A stretch of DNA of 64,000 bases from an uncultured delta proteobacterium (GTDB lineage Bacteria > Myxococcota > Kuafuiibacteriia > Kuafuiibacteriales > Kuafuiibacteriaceae), in NCBI GenBank assembly GCA_963803435.1, contig CAWDML010000001.1, forward strand, positions 2,176,001-2,240,000, given 5' to 3'. Of the stretch, positions 13,645 through 23,315 are shown in pieces. Numbering within the stretch: the stretch's first letter is position 1; each line of letters opens with the position of its first letter. The notes under the pieces are model-generated. The model worked only from the letters and a program-made list of their open reading frames with translations, made no database searches and was not told the DNA's origin. Both the position numbers and the translations under genes were made by a program.

Positions 13645-14785
13645 TCACCCAACACTCGCCTCCTCCTCTTCGGGCTTCGGCGGGCTGCCGACCTTGAGGA
13701 GGAAAGCCTCCATGAAGCCGTCGAGATCGCCGTCGAGCACCGCGTCGAAGTTGGAGACCTCGAAGTCGGTCCGGTGATCCTTCACCAGGCGGTAGGGATG
13801 ATTGACGTACGAGCGGATCTGCGAGCCCCACTCGATCTTGAGCTGCATGCTGTTGGCCTTCGCCAGCTCCGCGTCCTGCTGCGCCTTCAGGTAGTCGTAG
13901 AGCCGGCTGGTCAGGATCTTCCGCGCGGTGGAGCGGTTCTTGTGCTGGCTCCGCTCGCTCTGACACTGGACCACAATCCCGGTCTCGAGGTGGGTCAGGC
14001 GGATCGCCGACTCCGTCTTGTTGACGTGCTGGCCGCCGGCCCCGCTGGCGCGGAAGCGATCCTCGCGCACGTCCTTCTCCCAGTCGACGTCGACGTCCAG
14101 CTCCTCGTCGAGCTCGGGTGTCACCCGCACCGCGGCGAAGGCGGTATGCCGCCGCGCGTTCGAGTCGAAGGGTGAGATCCGCACCAGGCGATGCACGCCC
14201 TCCTCCGCGCGAAGCCAGCCGAAGGCGTAATCGCCGCGCACCATGTAGGTGGCGCTCTTCAGCCCGACCTCCTCGCCGGCCTGGAAGTCGGCCTCCTCCA
14301 CCTTGAACCCGCGCCGTTCACACCAGCGCACGTACATGCGGAGCAGCATGCGCGCCCAGTCCTGGGCGTCGGCGCCGCCGGCCCCGGCATGGATCTCGAG
14401 GATCGCGTTCATGGCGTCGTGCTCGCCCGACATCATCCGGCGGAGCTCCATGTGCCCGAGCTCGTCGTTGGAGCGCGCGAGCAGCTCACCGATCTCGGCG
14501 TCGACCGACTCGTCTTCGCCCTCGAGCCCCAGATCGAGGAGGACCTCGGCGTCTTCCAGCCGGCGCTCCTCGACCTTGTATTCCTGAACGGTCCGCTCGA
14601 TCCGGGCCCGATCGCGCTCTAGCTTCTGCGCGCGCTCCTGGTTGTCCCAATAGCCCGGCTGTGCGGCCTGGGCAGCGAGCTCGGCGAGCTCGCGCTCCTT
14701 CTTGGCGATGTCAAAGATGCCCCCGGAGCGCGCCCAGGCGGCCCTTCAGAGCAGCCAGTTCTTCCTGCCGATCCGCGAGTGCCAT
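13645..14785 (-). CDS. prfB: Peptide chain release factor 2 with programmed +1 frameshift
   Basis: SPF and GGQ motifs; upstream ORF MALADRQEE..LRGHL ends in CTT TGA C and continues in +1 frame DIAKKERE. Confidence 0.97.
14710..14726 (-). promoter_or_regulatory. prfB programmed frameshift signal (internal SD-like GGGGG + CTTTGAC)
   Basis: Minus strand reads CCGGGGG CAT CTT TGA C. Confidence 0.95.
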
Positions 14786-14844
14786 GATGCGCCTGGGTAG
14801 CACGATTTGACTTTTCTCGGGAAGTTGAAGGAGCGTCAGGCTCG

Positions 14845-15333
14845 GTGGTCGACTACCGGCACGCCGTTTATGCAGGCAGCTTCGATCCGGTGACCTTCGG
14901 GCACACCGCCATCATCCAGCGCGCCTGCCGGCTGTATCGCCACGTGACGGTGGCGGTGGGTATCAACCCGAACAAGAAGGGTCTCTTCACCTTCGAGGAG
15001 CGAAAGGCCCTCCTGGAGGCGGCGCTCGCCGACGTCCCGAACGTCAACGTGGAGCGCTTCGAAGGCCTCCTCATCGATTACTGCCGGTCGATCGACGCGG
15101 GTGTGATCGTTCGCGGACTGCGCGTGCTGACCGACTTCGAGTACGAGCTCCAGCTCGGTCTCGCCAACCGCGACCTGGCCCCGGACCTCGAGACCGTCTT
15201 CATGTTCACCGAGAGCGCCCACGTGTACATCTCGAGCTCGCTGGTCAAAGAGATCGCGATGAACGGGGGCGACTTCACGCGGTATGTGCCGGCGCCGGTC
15301 GTGGCGGCGCTGCGAGCCAAGTTCGAGATCTGA
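14845..15333 (+). CDS. coaD: Pantetheine-phosphate adenylyltransferase
   Basis: YAGSFDPVTFGH, RGLR..DFEYE, ISSSLVKE. Confidence 0.96.
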   Translation: MVDYRHAVYAGSFDPVTFGHTAIIQRACRLYRHVTVAVGINPNKKGLFTFEERKALLEAALADVPNVNVERFEGLLIDYCRSIDAGVIVRGLRVLTDFEYELQLGLANRDLAPDLETVFMFTESAHVYISSSLVKEIAMNGGDFTRYVPAPVVAALRAKFEI

Positions 15334-15405
15334 CTGGGCTTCCTCCCGCGCTCCACTGTGTTACGATGTGATCGTCATGGACCCAGACACTCAGGAGGCC
15401 GTCGG

Positions 15406-16068
15406 ATGACCCGGCTCGCGACGGTCACGACTGGCCCGCATTCGCCTCCCGTGCCGGGTTCCGTCCTCGATTCCAGCGTGTTGGTCCTGAACCGGCTCTA
15501 CCAGCCGGTGAACATCACAACGGTCCGCCGGGCCTTCACCCTGCTCTACCAGGGGACCGCCAAGGCCATCGATCGAACCTTCCGGACCTTCGACTTCGAG
15601 TCCTGGTCCGCCCTCTCCGCCGAGGTCCACAGCAACGAAGAGGACATCGTGAAGACCGTCTCGCAGGTGATCCGCGTTCCCCGCGTCATCATCCTGCAGG
15701 TGTACGACAGGTTCCCCCATCTGCACGTCCGCTTCTCGCGGCAGAACATCTATCTTCGGGACAAGAACACCTGCCAGTACTGCGGTCAGAGGCTCCCCCG
15801 GAGCGAGCTCAACCTCGATCATGTCATCCCGCGGTCGCGGGGCGGCCGCACCACCTGGGAGAACATCGTCTGCTCCTGCATCAACTGCAACCTGCAGAAG
15901 GGCGGGCGGACGCCGAACGAGGCGGGCATGGGCCTCACGCGGAAGCCGGGCCGCCCTCGCTGGTCGCCGTTCGAGCGCGGCGAAGGCAAGTATACCTACG
16001 AGGACTGGCGTCCGTTCTTGAACCTCGCCGATGCTTCCTACTGGAACACGGAGCTGGAGGAAGAGTAG
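15406..16068 (+). CDS. HNH endonuclease (McrA-like)
   Basis: VLVLN..Y.P, RDKNTCQYCG, DHVIPRSRGG, CINCNLQKG; AGGAGG RBS upstream. Confidence 0.92.
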   Translation: MTRLATVTTGPHSPPVPGSVLDSSVLVLNRLYQPVNITTVRRAFTLLYQGTAKAIDRTFRTFDFESWSALSAEVHSNEEDIVKTVSQVIRVPRVIILQVYDRFPHLHVRFSRQNIYLRDKNTCQYCGQRLPRSELNLDHVIPRSRGGRTTWENIVCSCINCNLQKGGRTPNEAGMGLTRKPGRPRWSPFERGEGKYTYEDWRPFLNLADASYWNTELEEE

Positions 16069-16080
16069 GCTCGGCCTCGG

Positions 16081-16452
16081 GTGGCGAAGAAGAAGAATAG
16101 ACAAGAGGTCGTGCCCGAGGCGCCCGCACCGGCGCCGGAGCCCCCGCCGGAACCCGCTCCGCCGCCCCAAGCCGAGGACCTCGGGTCCGGCTTCACCGGC
16201 GAGCGCATCAAGAAGACCCGCGAGCAGAAGGGCCTCACGCTCAAGGAGATCTCCGAGAAGACGAAGATCAGCGTGGCGACGCTGCAGGCGCTCGAGGAGG
16301 AGCGCTACGAGGACATGCCGAGCGCCCGCGTGTACGTGCGGGGCTTCGTCCGTTGCCTCGCGGAGGAGATCGGGCTCGACAAGGATCAGGTCGCGCAGAG
16401 CTACCTCCCGCGGTGGGAGCGGTGGTTCACGGACGCCGGCCGGCGGTATTGA
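16081..16452 (+). CDS. RodZ-like HTH domain protein (HTH_25)
   Basis: GERIKKTREQKGLTLKEISEKTKIS..LEE..YVRGFVR. Confidence 0.85.
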   Translation: MAKKKNRQEVVPEAPAPAPEPPPEPAPPPQAEDLGSGFTGERIKKTREQKGLTLKEISEKTKISVATLQALEEERYEDMPSARVYVRGFVRCLAEEIGLDKDQVAQSYLPRWERWFTDAGRRY

Positions 16453-16483
16453 AAAGATCTCGAGATCCTGCACAAATCGGGTC

Positions 16484-16750
16484 ATGGCGCTGATCGACAC
16501 CGACGAGGCAGCCATGCGCCTGGCGCGCGCCATCGCGAGCGACATCTCGCTCTACAACGAGCAGAAGATCATCCAGGGCATCCAGCAAGACAACCTGTTC
16601 GAGTCGTTGAAGGATGAGCTCGACGAAGGCCTTCAACTCTACAAGAGCCGCGTCTCGCCCTCGCTCTTCGAGAAGACGAACTTCTACTACCGCGCGGTGG
16701 TGGACATCATCATGAAGAGCAAGGCGCACATCAAATCGGACATCTGGTGA
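16484..16750 (+). CDS. Small conserved hypothetical protein (88 aa)
   Basis: AMRLARAIASDISLYN motif, strong codon bias, GTGA overlap with the next gene. Confidence 0.8.
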   Translation: MALIDTDEAAMRLARAIASDISLYNEQKIIQGIQQDNLFESLKDELDEGLQLYKSRVSPSLFEKTNFYYRAVVDIIMKSKAHIKSDIW

Positions 16751-17667
16751 GCGAGGCGTCGATCGAGCTCGAGATCGACGAACGGCTGGCAGGTGAACGC
16801 CTCGATCGCGCGCTGGCCGCGCTGCTGGACGATCGTTCACGAGCCCTGATCCAGAGACACATCGAAGCCGGCGCGATCACGATCGACGGACTCCCTCCCA
16901 AGCACGGCGCCAAGACCAAGGTCACACTCGGGGCGCACATCCGCTACCAGCCTCCCCCGCCGGAGTCGCTCGCGCTGCTCGCCGAGGACATCCCGCTGTC
17001 CGTCCTGTTCGAGGACGATCACCTGCTCGTGATCGACAAACCCGCCAACCTCGTCGTGCATCCTGCCGCCGGCCATCCCAGCGGGACGCTGGTCAACGCC
17101 GTGCTCCACCATCTGCAAGCTGACTTGCGAGGCGTGAGCGGGTCGGATCGACCGGGGATCGTGCATCGGCTCGATCGGGACACCACCGGCGTCATCCTCG
17201 TCGCCAAGACCGTACGCGCCCAGGAGCTCGCTGCCCGCGCGTTCGCCGAGCGGAGGGTGCAGAAGATCTATCGCGCGATCGTCCACGGTGTCCCCGCTCC
17301 GCGGGAGGGCACCATCGACACCCTCTTCGGCCGACATCCTCGGGACCGAAAGCGCTTCTCCTCGAAGGTCCTCACCGGCAAGCGCGCCGTGACGCACTAC
17401 CGGGTGCTGGAGCCGCTCAGGAGCGCCGCGCTCCTCGAGGTCCGCCTGGAGACGGGACGGACGCATCAGATCCGGGTGCACCTCGCGGATCGGGGCCACC
17501 CTCTGATCGGCGATCCCGTATACGGGCGCAGGCCGCCGGTGCCGTTCGAACGGCCGGCGCTCCACGCGCTGTCGCTCGAGATCGAGCACCCGATCACCGG
17601 CCGCAAGTTGACTTGCGAAGCGCCCATCCCGCAGGACTTTCTCGATCTTCTGGAGGCCCTCCGATGA
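16747..17667 (+). CDS. rluD: RluA/RluD family 23S rRNA pseudouridine synthase
   Basis: S4 domain, RPGIVHRLDRDTTG, LETGRTHQIRVH. Confidence 0.93.
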   Translation: MSEASIELEIDERLAGERLDRALAALLDDRSRALIQRHIEAGAITIDGLPPKHGAKTKVTLGAHIRYQPPPPESLALLAEDIPLSVLFEDDHLLVIDKPANLVVHPAAGHPSGTLVNAVLHHLQADLRGVSGSDRPGIVHRLDRDTTGVILVAKTVRAQELAARAFAERRVQKIYRAIVHGVPAPREGTIDTLFGRHPRDRKRFSSKVLTGKRAVTHYRVLEPLRSAALLEVRLETGRTHQIRVHLADRGHPLIGDPVYGRRPPVPFERPALHALSLEIEHPITGRKLTCEAPIPQDFLDLLEALR

Positions 17668-18398
17668 TTCTGACCAGCCCTCTGCTCCAACGCGCCGGCG
17701 TACGCCACGGGTTCTCCACCCGGCTCGGCGGGGTCTCGGGCGGACCGCACGCGACCCTCGACGTCGGTCCGGAGAGCGATCCCGACTGCGGCGAGAACCT
17801 GCTGCGCTTCGCAGCGCTGATCGGTCTCGCGGAGCGGCAGCGGATCGTACGGGTGAACCAGGTCCACGGCGCGCGCGTCGTCGACATCGCGGACGCGGGT
17901 GCCGACGCGGATGCACTGGTCTCGGAGGATCCCCGCGTGGCGGTCGGGGTGCGCACCGCCGACTGTGCACCGATCCTGGTGGCGACCGACAACGGCCGCA
18001 TGGTGGCGGCGATCCACGCCGGGTGGCGGGGAGCCTGCGCCGGGATCGCGCGCGCCGCCGTCGAGGTCATGGAGGCGCGCGGGGCGCGGCGAGCGAGCCT
18101 GTGCTTCGCGATCGGCCCCACCATCAGCGCCGAGGTGTTCGAGGTGGGCCCCGAGGTCATCGAGGCCGCGCGCGCGTCCCTCGATGGTGAGGTCCCACCG
18201 TCACACCTGGGACCTCGCGGCCGGCCACACCTCGATCTGGTCGGTCTGCTCGAGCGGCAGCTGGCGAAGCTCGGCGTTTCGCCGGATCGCATCGAGCGCG
18301 TCGGCGGCTGTACGTTCTCGAACCGCGCGATGTTCTTCTCTCATCGACGTGATCATGGGATCACAGGCAGGCTGATGTCGGCGATCAGCCCGCGATGA
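17664..18398 (+). CDS. pgeF: PgeF/YfiH laccase-domain protein
   Basis: QVHG, TADCAPIL, HAGWRG, FFSHRR; follows rluD as usual. Confidence 0.93.
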   Translation: MILTSPLLQRAGVRHGFSTRLGGVSGGPHATLDVGPESDPDCGENLLRFAALIGLAERQRIVRVNQVHGARVVDIADAGADADALVSEDPRVAVGVRTADCAPILVATDNGRMVAAIHAGWRGACAGIARAAVEVMEARGARRASLCFAIGPTISAEVFEVGPEVIEAARASLDGEVPPSHLGPRGRPHLDLVGLLERQLAKLGVSPDRIERVGGCTFSNRAMFFSHRRDHGITGRLMSAISPR

Positions 18399-21300
18399 CG
18401 AAGATACCGCTCACGCTCGATCCCGCCTTCGGAAAGCTCGGCCGCGAGATCGCGCGCTTTGCGAACCACACGCGGAAGCTCCTGGCGGCCAGCGAGAAGT
18501 ACCGGACGAAGCTGGAGGAGGCGTGCGCGTGGAGCGAGGGGGTCGCCAGCCTCGACGTCACGCCTGACAGCCCCGCCACTGCGATGCGCGCCATCGACAA
18601 GTTCGCGCGCTCGCGGCGGGAGAGCCGTACCACGCTGTTCGGCGCGTACTTCGCGCACCACTATCTCCGGATCCAGGCGCAGCTGTCGCAGGACCTCCTG
18701 CGGGAGGCGTTCAACCCCGATCCGGCGCATCGCGTGCTCGTCTGCCATCGCATCTACCGTTCGGCCGACGAGACCCGGCAGGCCTGGGTGTCGGCGCTCC
18801 TCGATCTGACCATCGCCGCCGCCGCGCCCGATCTCGATCGTCATGACTACTGCGCCTTCAACGTCGGAGCGCTGATCGATCACGAGGACGTGGATCTCGC
18901 GATCGTGGTGGCCTCGGTGGAGGCGCGGGAGGCGCTCGCCAAGGGGTTCGCGCTGGTGAGCAAGAGCTTCCTCCGCTACGCCTCGAAGATTCAGCTGTTC
19001 CTCACCGAGCAGTTCTCGACGCCCCGCACCGGCGCGCTGATCGAGGAGTATCAGCAGCTGCTCGATCAGCCGAACCGCAACGTGGTGCAGGTGATGCAGT
19101 TACTCGGCGCCCAGTACCTTTGCGGCGCGAAGCACCTCCAGCGTGCGCTCGAGGAGCGCGTGATCAACTGGTACTACGCGGGCCAGGGCCGGCCCACGGT
19201 ACACGAGGGCTTCCTGCGCTCGGTGATGGCGGAGCTCCGCTACTTCCTGATGCCGAACGCGGTGCCCGGGATCCTCGCGCCCAAGAAGGAGGTCTACGTG
19301 CCGGCGAAGCTGGCGACCGCCGCGGTGCGCGTGATCCATGGGATCAACGAGCCGCGCCCATCCCTCGCCCTCGCGTTGGTCGCCGAGAAGGATCCCGAGT
19401 ACGCCGACACCTATCACACGCTCGCCGACGCCTTCGTCCAGAACGAGATCCTGCGCGCGCTGATGTTCCTCTACGTCGTCCCGACCGACGAGTTCGACCT
19501 GAGCGATCCCACGATCCGCGAGGCGTCGCGGCGGGTCGCCCTCCTGCTCGGCCTCGGCGCCTCGGCGCGCCGCGCCCCCGAGGACCGCCTCATGGGCGCG
19601 TACATGGACACGCGCGCGCGTGCGCTCCGGTGCGTAGCGGCGCTGGCCGGCAAGATCGAGCGGCATCTGGCCCGGGTCTCGACGTTTCGCAACATGGTCG
19701 AGTCCGGCGAGGCGCTGCACGAGTCGTCGGGCAACCTGGCGCGGCGGCTCTTGAAGGCGCTCGAGCGTCACCGCGGGAGCGTGTTCTGGGACGAGGTCGT
19801 CGAGCTGATCAGCTCGCCCTACGAGACCGCGGCCCGCTTCGCCCGTGATCTTCGGCTCCTCGAGGACCGCGAGCGGAGGGACGTCGCCCATCGCTACGTC
19901 GAGATGATGTGCGACGACGCGGCCTCGCTCGTGGAGTTCCTCGTGTTCCTGGCCGCCCAGGACCGCGAGGAGAAGGTCACCGACGACGGGGAGAAGGTCC
20001 CGAACGGGCCGCTCTTCTGGAGCCAGATGATCGGCCACCTGGAGGCGCACGCCCACGCGCTCGACGCGTTCGTGCACCGGCTCGACACCGACACCGAGTC
20101 GGAGGCGCTGTTCCGTCTGGCGAGCGTCTACAAGGCCACCGACCTGGCGCGCCTGGCCGATCTGATCGAGAACGCCGATCCGTCCACCCAGGGCGCCCGG
20201 GTGGTGCGCGCGATCCGGAGCGTGATCGTGCTCGTCCATCACCGCTCGAACGCGATCGGACGCATCACCGTGCGCGTGCTCGGCCGTGCCCCTGAGTTTC
20301 TCCAGCGCCTCGGCGATGCCCGTCGCCTCCGCGACCTCGCCTCCGAGATCCGCGCTCAGGCCGCCAGGGAGCCGAGCCCTCGCGAGCAGATCGAGCTGCT
20401 GGGCGACGCGTTCGACGTCGACGTCCTCCGCACCGCGCTGATCGCGGTCCTCGAGGGTGCGCCGGCGGCCCGCGACTCCGAGTTCACCTCCGCGGTGGAT
20501 CTCTACGTCCGCGAGCTGTTCAAGGCCTGCTTCCGCGACGTTCGCCTCGGCTCCCCCATCTTCTCCCAGTACCGGCCTGGCTCGAACTTCGCGCTTTACG
20601 CCACCGGCGGCTACGGCCGCGGTGAGGCCTTCGGCGGTGACTGGGACTACCTGGCGGTCGTCGGCGAGAACGATCGGAGCATGAAGAAGTTCTTCGGCAA
20701 GGTGCTCCAGCGGGTGGCGAGCGCGATGACCAAGCGGGGCCTGCTGCCGCACAACCGCTTCACCGATCACTTCAACGCTTATGTGGTCAGCATCGCGGAG
20801 CTCCGGCGCTACATCGAGGAACGGACCGGGGAGACGTTCATCGACGAGGCCGAGATCCTCGAGGCCCGCTTCTTCCTCGGCGATCCCGCGGTCGCCCGCC
20901 GCTTCACCCAGGAGATCCGCAACCGCGTCCAGAAGGAGCACGCGCAGGCGTTCCTCCGCGACATCCTGCGCGAGCTCTCGGAGCGCCGCACCGCGCTCCC
21001 GCTCGCGATCAACCTGAAGCTGGCGCCCGGGGGGCTGCGAGAGATCCACTTGCTGTGGCTCGCGATCCGGATCTTCGCCGACCTCCCCGGCCCGCTGGTC
21101 CCCGAGCTGCTCCGTCAGGTCGCCGCCGTGCTGCCGGAGTGCCGGACGGACCTGCGGTTCCTGATGGTCGCGAACGCGGAGCTCAGGCGCGCCCGCGACC
21201 TGTACCGCCTGGTCGTCGCGTTCGACGACACCATGGAGCCCGGGACGCTGGTGGAGCTGGCCCGCGATCTGGCGCCGCTGCGGCAGGCGGGCGTCCGCGA

Positions 21301-21400
21301 GGACTACACCGAGGAGCTCCAGAAGCTGCTGGTGACGTCGGCCCTACGGATCGATCGGGTCGCCGGCTCGATCGCCCGGCGCGCCGAGATCTTGCTCTGA
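18395..21400 (+). CDS. Tandem nucleotidyltransferase-domain protein, divergent GlnE/GlnD-like
   Basis: C-half has ATGGYGRGE..GDWDYL, EARFFLGD, NLKLAPGGLREI; N-half has degenerate NVG..EDVDLAIV. Confidence 0.7.
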   Translation: MTKIPLTLDPAFGKLGREIARFANHTRKLLAASEKYRTKLEEACAWSEGVASLDVTPDSPATAMRAIDKFARSRRESRTTLFGAYFAHHYLRIQAQLSQDLLREAFNPDPAHRVLVCHRIYRSADETRQAWVSALLDLTIAAAAPDLDRHDYCAFNVGALIDHEDVDLAIVVASVEAREALAKGFALVSKSFLRYASKIQLFLTEQFSTPRTGALIEEYQQLLDQPNRNVVQVMQLLGAQYLCGAKHLQRALEERVINWYYAGQGRPTVHEGFLRSVMAELRYFLMPNAVPGILAPKKEVYVPAKLATAAVRVIHGINEPRPSLALALVAEKDPEYADTYHTLADAFVQNEILRALMFLYVVPTDEFDLSDPTIREASRRVALLLGLGASARRAPEDRLMGAYMDTRARALRCVAALAGKIERHLARVSTFRNMVESGEALHESSGNLARRLLKALERHRGSVFWDEVVELISSPYETAARFARDLRLLEDRERRDVAHRYVEMMCDDAASLVEFLVFLAAQDREEKVTDDGEKVPNGPLFWSQMIGHLEAHAHALDAFVHRLDTDTESEALFRLASVYKATDLARLADLIENADPSTQGARVVRAIRSVIVLVHHRSNAIGRITVRVLGRAPEFLQRLGDARRLRDLASEIRAQAAREPSPREQIELLGDAFDVDVLRTALIAVLEGAPAARDSEFTSAVDLYVRELFKACFRDVRLGSPIFSQYRPGSNFALYATGGYGRGEAFGGDWDYLAVVGENDRSMKKFFGKVLQRVASAMTKRGLLPHNRFTDHFNAYVVSIAELRRYIEERTGETFIDEAEILEARFFLGDPAVARRFTQEIRNRVQKEHAQAFLRDILRELSERRTALPLAINLKLAPGGLREIHLLWLAIRIFADLPGPLVPELLRQVAAVLPECRTDLRFLMVANAELRRARDLYRLVVAFDDTMEPGTLVELARDLAPLRQAGVREDYTEELQKLLVTSALRIDRVAGSIARRAEILL

Positions 21401-21401
21401 G

Positions 21402-22136
21402 TCAGAAGCGGGCGGCGAGCCCGAAGCTCGGGATCGCGCCGCCTCCGTTGTCGCGAGCCATCCCCAGTGCGGGCACCAGCGCCGGTACGGACGAGAGCGT
21501 GCCCTCCGCCGCCTCCGAGTGGCTGACGAACGCGTCGATACCGAAGAACGTGAGCGAGGCGGCCCCCACGACGCCGGTGGTGGTGATGAGCCCCCCGAAC
21601 GGCTCCGTGTCGCTCGCGCCGAGGATCAAGAGATAGAGGGCCCCCACCAGGCTGACACCGTAGGCGATCCAGCCCACGATCCGCAGGCCCTTGAGGCCGG
21701 TGGCGCCGCCGTGGCGGGCCGATCCGCCGCCCGCGGCGGTGACGGGACCCATGGCCGCCACCAGGACCGTGGCCGCAGCCCCGAGCGGCAGAGACGGGAT
21801 CCGATCCTCCTTGGACAGCTCGGACCCGATGGAGAGCGTGAGGACCAGGGCCGCGCTGACGATCCCGATGACACCGGCGGCCATCGACCAGCCGGTGGCG
21901 TCGTCATCGTACGCCGGCTCGCCGACGTCATGGATGGTCACGGTGACGCCGTCATCCGACTTCTTCTCCGGTGGCGGAGCATCCGGCAGTCGTGTCTTGG
22001 GATCGACGCACTGGCCGTTCACGCAGATCCGATCCCCCTTGCATTCGACGTCGGCCTTGCACTGTGCCCTCGCAAGAAGAGGCGTCGCCCCTACGGCGAA
22101 CGCTGTCGTCACCGCCACGATTCTGTGCCCCAACAT
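21402..22136 (-). CDS. Hypothetical membrane protein with small N-terminal Cys knot
   Basis: Signal peptide, CKADVECKGDRICVNGQC, several TM segments. Confidence 0.7.
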   Translation of the reverse strand: MLGHRIVAVTTAFAVGATPLLARAQCKADVECKGDRICVNGQCVDPKTRLPDAPPPEKKSDDGVTVTIHDVGEPAYDDDATGWSMAAGVIGIVSAALVLTLSIGSELSKEDRIPSLPLGAAATVLVAAMGPVTAAGGGSARHGGATGLKGLRIVGWIAYGVSLVGALYLLILGASDTEPFGGLITTTGVVGAASLTFFGIDAFVSHSEAAEGTLSSVPALVPALGMARDNGGGAIPSFGLAARF

Positions 22137-22193
22137 GCCGGGCGTATTAGCACACTTGACTCCGGAACCAGACGGCCTCATCGCTCTTTTGCA

Positions 22194-23315
22194 ATGCTCG
22201 ACGATCCCCGGCTGGACTGGGCCCTTCTCGAGAAATATCGCTTTGATCGCGAAAGGTTCGAGGCGGAGGCCGGAGGCATCGCTCGCGGTGCGCTCTCGGC
22301 CGAGCGCGCGACGATCACGGGCGCGATCGAGCCGCTCACCGACGTCGTCACCGTCGACTCCGAGCACGATGAGGCCGCCGCAGCCGCCGGCCGACAGGCG
22401 CTCACGGAGGGGCGCGCCGCGGTGGTGGTGCTCAACGGAGGGATGGCCACGCGCTTCGGCGGCGTGGTCAAGGGCGTCGTCGAGGTCTTCGACGGCAAGA
22501 GCTTCATCGCGCTCAAGGCCGCGGACGCACGCGGGGCGGCGGAGACGTTCGGGCGCTCGGTCCCCTTGGTGCTGATGAACAGCTTCGCCACCGCCGACGC
22601 GACCGCCCGCCACCTGATGGATCACGACAATTTCGGCTTACCGCTCCAGGACGTGCTGTCCTTCGAGCAGTCGATCTCGATCCGCCTGAACCCGGACGGC
22701 TCGCTGTTCATCGGCGATGACGGCCGTCCCAGCTACCATGCCCCCGGCCACGGAGACTTCTTCACGGCGATCCGCAGCTCCGGCGTGCTGGGCGAGCTCA
22801 TGCAACGCGGGATCGACTATCTCCTGTTCTCGAACGTCGACAACCTGGGCGCCACCGTCGATCCCACGATCCTGGGCCACCACGTCCTCTCGCACCGGCC
22901 GATGTCCGTGGAGGTGACGGAGAAGCGCCGAACCGCCTCGGGCGCCTGGGACAAGGGCGGCGCGCCGGCTCGGGTCGACGGCGCGCCGCAGCTGGTGGAA
23001 GGCTTCCGCTTCCCTCACGACTTTCCGCAGGAGGTCTTGCCGGACTTCTCCACCAACAACATGGTGTTCACCGCGCGAGCGATCGACTGCGAGATCCCGC
23101 TCGAGCGACACGTCGTGAAGAAGGAGGTCGACGGCCGCCCGGCCCTCCAGCTCGAGTCGATCGCCTGCGAAGCGAGCACGATCCTTCCGATGTCCGTGCT
23201 GCGTGTCCCGCGCGAGGGCCCATGCGGGCGCTTCTTCCCGGTGAAGGAGCCGATCGATCTGGAAGAGGGTCGCGAGACGCTGAGGGCCCGGATGCGCGCC
23301 GCCGGTGTTACCTGA
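22194..23315 (+). CDS. UTP--glucose-1-phosphate uridylyltransferase family (UDPGP, eukaryote-type)
   Basis: LNGGMATRFG..K, MNSFAT, PGHGD, SNVDNLGA, KGG, FFPVK. Confidence 0.88.
   Translation: MLDDPRLDWALLEKYRFDRERFEAEAGGIARGALSAERATITGAIEPLTDVVTVDSEHDEAAAAAGRQALTEGRAAVVVLNGGMATRFGGVVKGVVEVFDGKSFIALKAADARGAAETFGRSVPLVLMNSFATADATARHLMDHDNFGLPLQDVLSFEQSISIRLNPDGSLFIGDDGRPSYHAPGHGDFFTAIRSSGVLGELMQRGIDYLLFSNVDNLGATVDPTILGHHVLSHRPMSVEVTEKRRTASGAWDKGGAPARVDGAPQLVEGFRFPHDFPQEVLPDFSTNNMVFTARAIDCEIPLERHVVKKEVDGRPALQLESIACEASTILPMSVLRVPREGPCGRFFPVKEPIDLEEGRETLRARMRAAGVT

Noticed and set aside
15406-16068. HNH nuclease as part of a defence system
   Set aside because: Common stand-alone family in a housekeeping context; no methylase, Cas or other defence genes adjacent.
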